From positions 1 to 64,000 of the IMG/VR virus record IMGVR_UViG_3300029985_000693: DNA of 64,000 nt. One strand, written 5' to 3'. The notes beneath the pieces were generated by a model. It saw only the letters and a list, made by a program, of their open reading frames with translations, ran no database searches and was not told the origin of the DNA. The position numbers were made by a program, and so were the translations under genes. This document shows positions 58,609 to 64,000 of the stretch, piece after piece. The stretch comes from an uncultured virus (IMG/VR IMGVR_UViG_3300029985_000693). Taxonomy: Duplodnaviria; Heunggongvirae; Uroviricota; Caudoviricetes. Within the stretch, counting starts at the first letter, position 1, and every line of letters begins with the position of its first letter.

Positions 58609-59694
58609 TTACTTCGATACGATGCCCAAGTCCAGTTCTTTGATTTTCTTTAAAACATCATTATAAAGGACATTATCGTCACGCAAACCTAGTAAAAAGG
58701 CTTCCTTACTAGTAAAAGTCTTACCTCCAAATTCATAGGTGCGATTATTTGGGCGATGAATGATATTTTGGTTTACAGATAGGGTGAAAAGCTCTTCGTG
58801 TTGATTAATAATACCCTTCTTGTAATCAAAAAGGAATTCACCGGTACGACCTACGCAAGAACCGTCAGCTGAACTTCCCTTCATAGTAACTTTGATTTTA
58901 TGACCAGTTAAAATGGGCTTTTCATTAAAGTCCAAACGAGTATCATCTTCAAACTTATTCCCTAATTCATCAACCTTACCGTCTGCATTCATAAGTCTCT
59001 GAACATGCATAAAGTACTCAGCATAGTGTTGGACGCCCCAGCTAGCAGACATCTTGGTTGTGTTTCCACGCATACGTTCAACTTGGTCCAGTTCGGCCCT
59101 AACGTGGGCTGTGGCAATAACAGCAAACTTGTATTTACGTTGAACAGGAAGTATGCGCTTGAAGCCTTCTTGTAGGGTCTGGGCTACATCACCAATGGTC
59201 ATATCCATAATAGACTCATTATTTAAACCTCTGCGTCCTTGAATTTGAGTGATAGAGTCTATAATAATAAGTTTAATCGGCGCGCCCTCTTCGCATTGTT
59301 CAGCTATATTATGCTCAATAGTATCAAATATAGAAGGAGAATTGGTTTGGATAGTGCGAATACGGTCCGGATCTATTCCAAACAGCTTATTGGCTTGTTC
59401 TGTATCATCCTGGCCTCCCTGTAGACCTTCTCTGAACTCAGTGTCGAACTTAATAACCAAAGCTTCCGGATCGTATTTATGAAGGTGACCTGCAAAGTAA
59501 TTACTTAAAACACTTTTTCCACACTTTGGAGGACCATACATAATAAGGCTATAAGCAAGAGGTAAGCCGTGAGACTTCCCAAAAGTATAATTTACACTAG
59601 GTGAAGGAGTTTCGATTGTATGAGCAAATGGGTTATAGTTCTTTTGCATTACACCGTCCCATTTGTCTATTTTTGCCATCCATTTATTAGCCAT
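58609..59694 (-). CDS. recA: RecA/UvsX-like recombinase
   Basis: TPSPSVN; YGPPKCGKS; FDTE; GIDPDR; IIIDSI. Confidence 0.85.
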   Translation of the reverse strand: MANKWMAKIDKWDGVMQKNYNPFAHTIETPSPSVNYTFGKSHGLPLAYSLIMYGPPKCGKSVLSNYFAGHLHKYDPEALVIKFDTEFREGLQGGQDDTEQANKLFGIDPDRIRTIQTNSPSIFDTIEHNIAEQCEEGAPIKLIIIDSITQIQGRRGLNNESIMDMTIGDVAQTLQEGFKRILPVQRKYKFAVIATAHVRAELDQVERMRGNTTKMSASWGVQHYAEYFMHVQRLMNADGKVDELGNKFEDDTRLDFNEKPILTGHKIKVTMKGSSADGSCVGRTGEFLFDYKKGIINQHEELFTLSVNQNIIHRPNNRTYEFGGKTFTSKEAFLLGLRDDNVLYNDVLKKIKELDLGIVSK

Positions 59695-60261
59695 TTATTT
59701 AATATCTCCAAAATACGTATCTACTCTTGCTTTACTATTAAAACCAAGCCGACGATTAGCCTCATCGGCACCATTTAATTCAGATTGACGATTATTTAGG
59801 TTAGGATTATGCTCACCAATCTGCTTCTTGGCTCCAGTATAGCCCATCTCTAAAGACTTTAAATGATGCTTTAGGAGTTCTTGAAGAGCCGCCAATTGCT
59901 CTACTACGTCCTTAATTTGAACGTAGTCAGAATCAGTCTCCATCATTGCGTCTATATTACTTTTAGTGTCTTTGAGGTGCTTTTCCTTTAGTTTAGTAGG
60001 TATTTCATCCAAAACAAGGATACTCTTACGCTTGTTAAGAGCAGCAACAGCATTGATTTCTTCCAAGCGAACAACATTTAAATATTTTCCTAATACCAAA
60101 TAAGCCTTATTAAAAGTACTCATTAGCTCGGGTGCTTTCATTGGGCTTAGGCTTCCAACCTCAGATATGCGACCCAAAACTTCGTATACATGGGTTAGAT
60201 CAACCTCTAGACCATCTGTTCTTCCAGGTAGGGTTGGGATTTTTACTATTAAGTTTGACAT
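59695..60261 (-). CDS. Helical protein, possibly a UvsY-like recombination mediator
   Basis: IDAMMETDSDY followed by coiled coil; lies between SSB-like gene and RecA. Confidence 0.45.
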   Translation of the reverse strand: MSNLIVKIPTLPGRTDGLEVDLTHVYEVLGRISEVGSLSPMKAPELMSTFNKAYLVLGKYLNVVRLEEINAVAALNKRKSILVLDEIPTKLKEKHLKDTKSNIDAMMETDSDYVQIKDVVEQLAALQELLKHHLKSLEMGYTGAKKQIGEHNPNLNNRQSELNGADEANRRLGFNSKARVDTYFGDIK

Positions 60262-60279
60262 AATTTAGATTTATAAAAG

Positions 60280-60430
60280 CTCCCTCTTGTGAAAAATAGC
60301 GTTCAGTCCTAACCCATGGTGGAATTCGTTTACTACTTATCCACATCTCCGGGCCATCCTCCAGGGATACCCGGTATTTTGATTAAAATAGGAGTCGGTT
60401 CCAGCCCGGTTATTTTCCAACAAGAGAGAG
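60280..60430 (-). ncRNA. Candidate structured RNA of about 151 nt
   Basis: About 20-bp closing stem with G-U pairs on the minus strand, three internal hairpins, followed by a U tract. Confidence 0.5.
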
Positions 60431-60483
60431 AAGTATAGTAACATCTATAATACTGCGTTATATTACCTCACCACAACTACATT

Positions 60484-61560
60484 TTACTGACTTAGGTGAT
60501 CCATTAGTTCTTGTTCGGTAGGGGTAGCTACCGTGACTGATTTGTGTTTAGTGGCTGCCCGTAGGTAGTCCAACCCGCTGTCCTCCGAAGCAACAGGAGC
60601 TACGGTACGCTTTACCTCGACAACCCCAGGAGCGGTCGGTTTGGCCTGATTGACTTCGCCTGGAGCTAGCTCTATGACATTATGCAGGGTAGTTTGGGCT
60701 GCATCCATGATTGTATCTACTAGTTCTAGGTTCCCCTCACCATTATCAACCAATTGTTGAATTTGAACTTCCGTTAATACCGGTGTAGCGTGGGCATGAT
60801 TTAGATCCATGCAGAAACGGCTGATCTTCTCAACATCGTCTTGGACCAGAGGAGCCTTTACGCGCTTCTGGAGAGCCTCTCCGTCAACATTGACTTCAAC
60901 GCTGTAAGGTTTGGCTGAATATACAGTCTTACCAGAAGAATCAACTCCCCGACTAAACTCAAAGAAGCAACCTTCCTTGGGGCTAATGGTCTTCTCTTCG
61001 CCCATCTTATCGATGCAATCCTTTACATCGTTATAGGCCCCAGCCCCAATGCACATATTTCCAAAGGTTCCGTCTAGGTACTTAACAGCGATATAGTACT
61101 TGCGATCACAGTTGAAGTTGCGAATCCAAGCTGATAGGTTAACCCAACGGGCATCGGCCTTCTTGGCGACTTTGATTTGTTCCTTGCTGGGATTTGCCCC
61201 TAGGCTGTTCTCAATGTCACTCTCTAGCTTCTTGAGGGTGTTGGATTGTTCCTCAAACGAGGTGCATTGAGGGCAGTTTTGGGTAACCATCTTGGTCTTC
61301 CAGTCTCTTTCTTCAATGCAAAGAAACGGAGCGATCCAGGGAGAACCATTTACGTCCTTTTTGTTGGTACGCTTGAAGCCCCAATGGACGCCATGGCGCT
61401 TGGCCCAGCGACCAATACTCCTATTGCTCTTAAAGGGTGGAACGACCCTGGCAACTACCGTTTCGCCTTCTTTTAGCTTACGGGCACTAAGATAAGTGCG
61501 CTTTGAAAGGGTTTCATTTTTACCAGCTACTCCAAATACATCATCGAAATTATTGTCCAT
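60484..61560 (-). CDS. Putative gp32-like single-stranded DNA-binding protein
   Basis: LKEG..V.RVVPP...HW...C....CP.C...YYI.V; context; start MDNNF with AGAGG RBS. Confidence 0.6.
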   Translation of the reverse strand: MDNNFDDVFGVAGKNETLSKRTYLSARKLKEGETVVARVVPPFKSNRSIGRWAKRHGVHWGFKRTNKKDVNGSPWIAPFLCIEERDWKTKMVTQNCPQCTSFEEQSNTLKKLESDIENSLGANPSKEQIKVAKKADARWVNLSAWIRNFNCDRKYYIAVKYLDGTFGNMCIGAGAYNDVKDCIDKMGEEKTISPKEGCFFEFSRGVDSSGKTVYSAKPYSVEVNVDGEALQKRVKAPLVQDDVEKISRFCMDLNHAHATPVLTEVQIQQLVDNGEGNLELVDTIMDAAQTTLHNVIELAPGEVNQAKPTAPGVVEVKRTVAPVASEDSGLDYLRAATKHKSVTVATPTEQELMDHLSQ

Positions 61561-62275
61561 TTTTGTTTTTCCTCTTTGACTTGTTGCTGCTTTTTGGGGA
61601 CGACATGTCCACTTGGTTTTCAGTGCTAGGTTCAATATTAGGACTCTGTTCGGTCCCAATTGACTTCGTGTAAGTACCCGAAAACATACGGGAAATTGTA
61701 CTTACTTTATTTGGTTTTACATTTTTAATAACAACATTTGGAAGTGTTTCCTTGGTATCCTTGCGTTCGAATAGCTTATCCAAAATAGACTTACTTAGGT
61801 ATCGGTCAGCAAAGTAATCTATATGGGCTTTTTCAAATAGCTCTTTAAGGTGTACTGGTAGTCCTTGAGCGTCTGTTGCAACCGCAAATAAACGACTATA
61901 ATCAATAGCATCGAACTCCATTATACCTAACTCTAGCGCGTTTTCAAGCATAAAATTACGCATGTGAGCTATATTGTTTACATCAAAACGTCCCTTAACG
62001 AAGTTAGGAATAGACTTACCCATATCGACGTAAAACTGATTTGCATCAAACACCAGCGTATCTACCGAAGGCTCTACATCATCGGCAAATACAGGCGTAA
62101 CCGCCTTAGCAATGAGACCACCGTATGAAGAACGTAAGTTCTTTAGCTCTTCCACAGATTGGTTCTTACGCATGGTCCAAGCCGCACGAACGTTCAAGGG
62201 AACCTCATCCACATTCATAGTGCTGGCCTTGACAGCCAATTTGGCCTTGTCTACGATAATATCTATTTTATCCAT
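61550..62275 (-). CDS. Hypothetical protein
   Basis: 241-aa ORF; AAAGGA RBS. Confidence 0.6.
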   Translation of the reverse strand: MDKIDIIVDKAKLAVKASTMNVDEVPLNVRAAWTMRKNQSVEELKNLRSSYGGLIAKAVTPVFADDVEPSVDTLVFDANQFYVDMGKSIPNFVKGRFDVNNIAHMRNFMLENALELGIMEFDAIDYSRLFAVATDAQGLPVHLKELFEKAHIDYFADRYLSKSILDKLFERKDTKETLPNVVIKNVKPNKVSTISRMFSGTYTKSIGTEQSPNIEPSTENQVDMSSPKSSNKSKRKNKNGQ

Positions 62276-62298
62276 TATTAGATTTTCCTTTAAACTAT

Positions 62299-62508
62299 TT
62301 ACGTAACCACTTGAAATAACTTAGCGAATGCAGTTTGGTCCAATACTTGAACAATACCAGTTTCATGGTCCCTGACAACCCAGTCGCCAGGATTGGCGTT
62401 AAGTGCAAAACCAAAGGGGGTTTCGACTTGAATATAATCATCAACTTGATACGCTATTGCCGGTGTAGGTTGATGTACCACCTGTAAATATACGATTTCT
62501 TTAGCCAT
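62299..62508 (-). CDS. Small phage protein with PGDW motif
   Basis: VETPFG...ANPGDWVVRD...AF.K.F pattern. Confidence 0.55.
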   Translation of the reverse strand: MAKEIVYLQVVHQPTPAIAYQVDDYIQVETPFGFALNANPGDWVVRDHETGIVQVLDQTAFAKLFQVVT

Positions 62509-62914
62509 TTTTATTCTTCCTTTTTACCTTCAGCACGTCCGCTAGATTAAGAAGAGGAAACACAAGACGATCTGCTTGATTTTCGTCGTAATAAGCATGA
62601 TCATTCGCCTCCATTACAAGGTCGGCAGCGGTTTCAAATGAAGTCGGATTGCGACTCCAAGGCATTTGTTCGTCATGAAGGTAGTTAGCTTCCCACTTGA
62701 CGTGACCAAGAGCGCAGCTTGGGCCAATGATCTTATCTTTTGAATCAACATTCAATAAATCATTAAATGAATAAAATGTATTATTTGAAACAATAGGTTC
62801 CTTTTTGAATTCCTGTCCAATGTCAAAATGCTTTACTTCCCCACTTGCACATTTTAACGCTAGATTGCGCGCTGCTCGTGCCATTCGTGTACGGATCTTA
62901 TCTTGTGTAGCCAT
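62501..62914 (-). CDS. Hypothetical protein
   Basis: Has its own RBS and promoter; PSCALGH motif. Confidence 0.6.
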   Translation of the reverse strand: MATQDKIRTRMARAARNLALKCASGEVKHFDIGQEFKKEPIVSNNTFYSFNDLLNVDSKDKIIGPSCALGHVKWEANYLHDEQMPWSRNPTSFETAADLVMEANDHAYYDENQADRLVFPLLNLADVLKVKRKNKNG

Positions 62915-63113
62915 TTTTTATTCTTCCTTTTGGGTTATAGGTTCTCTTATTACATTGATTAAAAACTTAACAACAAGATACACTAAAAAAACTTACTTGT
63001 CAAGCAAGACGGGTGGATTTTAAATAATTTGCAGCATTAACACAAAATTATCAATATCTTCCATTTTTTATTCTTCCTTTTGGGTTATAGGTTCTCTTAT
63101 TACATTGATTAAA
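62911..63113. repeat. Exact 53-bp direct repeat at 62911-62963 and 63061-63113; partial third copy near 62502-62524
   Basis: ccattttttattcttccttttgggttataggttctcttattacattgattaaa read at both positions. Confidence 0.95.
62975..63003 (-). promoter_or_regulatory. Sigma70-like promoter TTGACA-N17-TATCTT
   Basis: Consensus -35 and optimal spacing, located between the two repeat copies. Confidence 0.7.
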
Positions 63114-64000
63114 TCAAGTGAAGGATCTTTCCCCTTCTTTGATTTAGTTAAAACAGCAATAACTATACAGCCTGTCAAGTCTTTTTTGAAGGAAGATATT
63201 AACTCTCCTGTATTGTAATCTGGCCACTTTACCACTTTAATTTGTTGTCCAGCTACATCCAATACATACTCCGCAGCTTCCTTGGTTCCATGGTAAGTAA
63301 ACAACCTATACTCCAAAACAACCGCCGCTACAGCCACTGTTGTCTTATTTGGCAATACGGGTAAATCTTCAAGCATAGACAAATAGGAGGGGTTAACAAA
63401 CGGATATCGATCTAGGTAAACATACATCCGTTTTTCTTCATTCCTGGTAACATCCTGGATTTTAGAATCTACCATAATAGGAAGAACAGATCCAGCAAAA
63501 TAAGGCATAAGTTGTTTACGGTACTGGTATCGAGTCAAAGCGTCAAATTTAAGAAACTTTTGTTCTATTGATTTTTGTTTAGATCCAGTAATTAATGCTT
63601 TTTCTTGTTCATACAGTTGTAATTTAGACAATATGTCCATATTTTCAGGAAATAGAGAATCAGCAATACCAGATATAATCAAATTATAAGCAACCTTGCG
63701 ATTTATAGCAGAGTGAGCTTTTTTAATCTTTGGTGGTTCGTTAGGAGTGGAGAATAGGTCTATTTGTTTGGATTCCTTAACCTCTGGCTCTATTGTAGTT
63801 CCATTGGCAATACTTTCGTTTTCTATCTTTTGCAAGAAATCCTTAATATCAGTAAATGGACCAAGCTTGGTCAATTCCAAATACGCCTTTTCTCCAACCC
63901 CCTCTAATAACCATAGCGGGGCTCTTAGTTTGTTTCCTTCTACGATAAAGCCAGAACCGGAGTATTTAATGTCCGGCAACAAAACAAAGCTAGAGCAATA
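63068..64000 (-). CDS. dnaE: DNA polymerase III alpha (DnaE) C-terminal part, running off the window
   Basis: LPDI..S...F.V....LR.PL..L.GVGE.A...GPF....DF; INRKV..NLI.SG; C-terminal OB-like region; frame open to base 64000. Confidence 0.8.
   Translation of the reverse strand, partial: YCSSFVLLPDIKYSGSGFIVEGNKLRAPLWLLEGVGEKAYLELTKLGPFTDIKDFLQKIENESIANGTTIEPEVKESKQIDLFSTPNEPPKIKKAHSAINRKVAYNLIISGIADSLFPENMDILSKLQLYEQEKALITGSKQKSIEQKFLKFDALTRYQYRKQLMPYFAGSVLPIMVDSKIQDVTRNEEKRMYVYLDRYPFVNPSYLSMLEDLPVLPNKTTVAVAAVVLEYRLFTYHGTKEAAEYVLDVAGQQIKVVKWPDYNTGELISSFKKDLTGCIVIAVLTKSKKGKDPSLDLINVIREPITQKEE

Noticed and set aside
60280..60430. tRNA, SRP RNA or tmRNA identity for the structured element
   Set aside because: No cloverleaf with T-loop and CCA, no SRP domain IV motif seen, too short for tmRNA; left unclassified
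1..64000. Stop-codon reassignment
   Set aside because: Long genes are intact in the standard code, and TAG and TGA both end genes at sensible boundaries (13127, 32853, 51669, 7303)

Overview
This window is a 64-kb segment of a large, AT-rich myovirus-type (jumbo-like) dsDNA phage genome. It is not a bacterial locus or an eCIS. The + strand (about 1.5-51.7 kb) is a late structural region. It holds putative head-cargo proteins (a PI3K/PI4K/HipA-like kinase, a lytic transglycosylase fused to a degenerate palm-cyclase domain, and a Pro/Lys-rich protein), neck proteins, tail sheath and tube, membrane/lysis-like proteins, large fibre-like proteins with signal peptides, tail chaperones, tape measure, baseplate and tail fibre, plus three free-standing homing endonucleases. 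The - strand (51.7-64 kb) is a replication/recombination region: DnaE C-terminus, SSB, UvsY-like protein, RecA, intein-containing primase, DnaB, ClpP and peptide deformylase. Capsid, portal and terminase genes are not in the window. The best leads are: (1) a recurring hydrophobic-x-Lys|small motif that delimits enzyme domains in putative head-cargo polyproteins; (2) apparently Sec-exported, Cys-rich, nearly uncharged fibre/propeller proteins in the tail module; (3) an AAT(T/C)TT(A/T) motif about 7 nt before late-gene ATGs, suggesting leaderless late promoters; (4) a 151-nt structured intergenic RNA candidate; (5) a triplicated RBS junction with an inserted promoter behind dnaE. All calls come from motif reading by eye; no searches were run.
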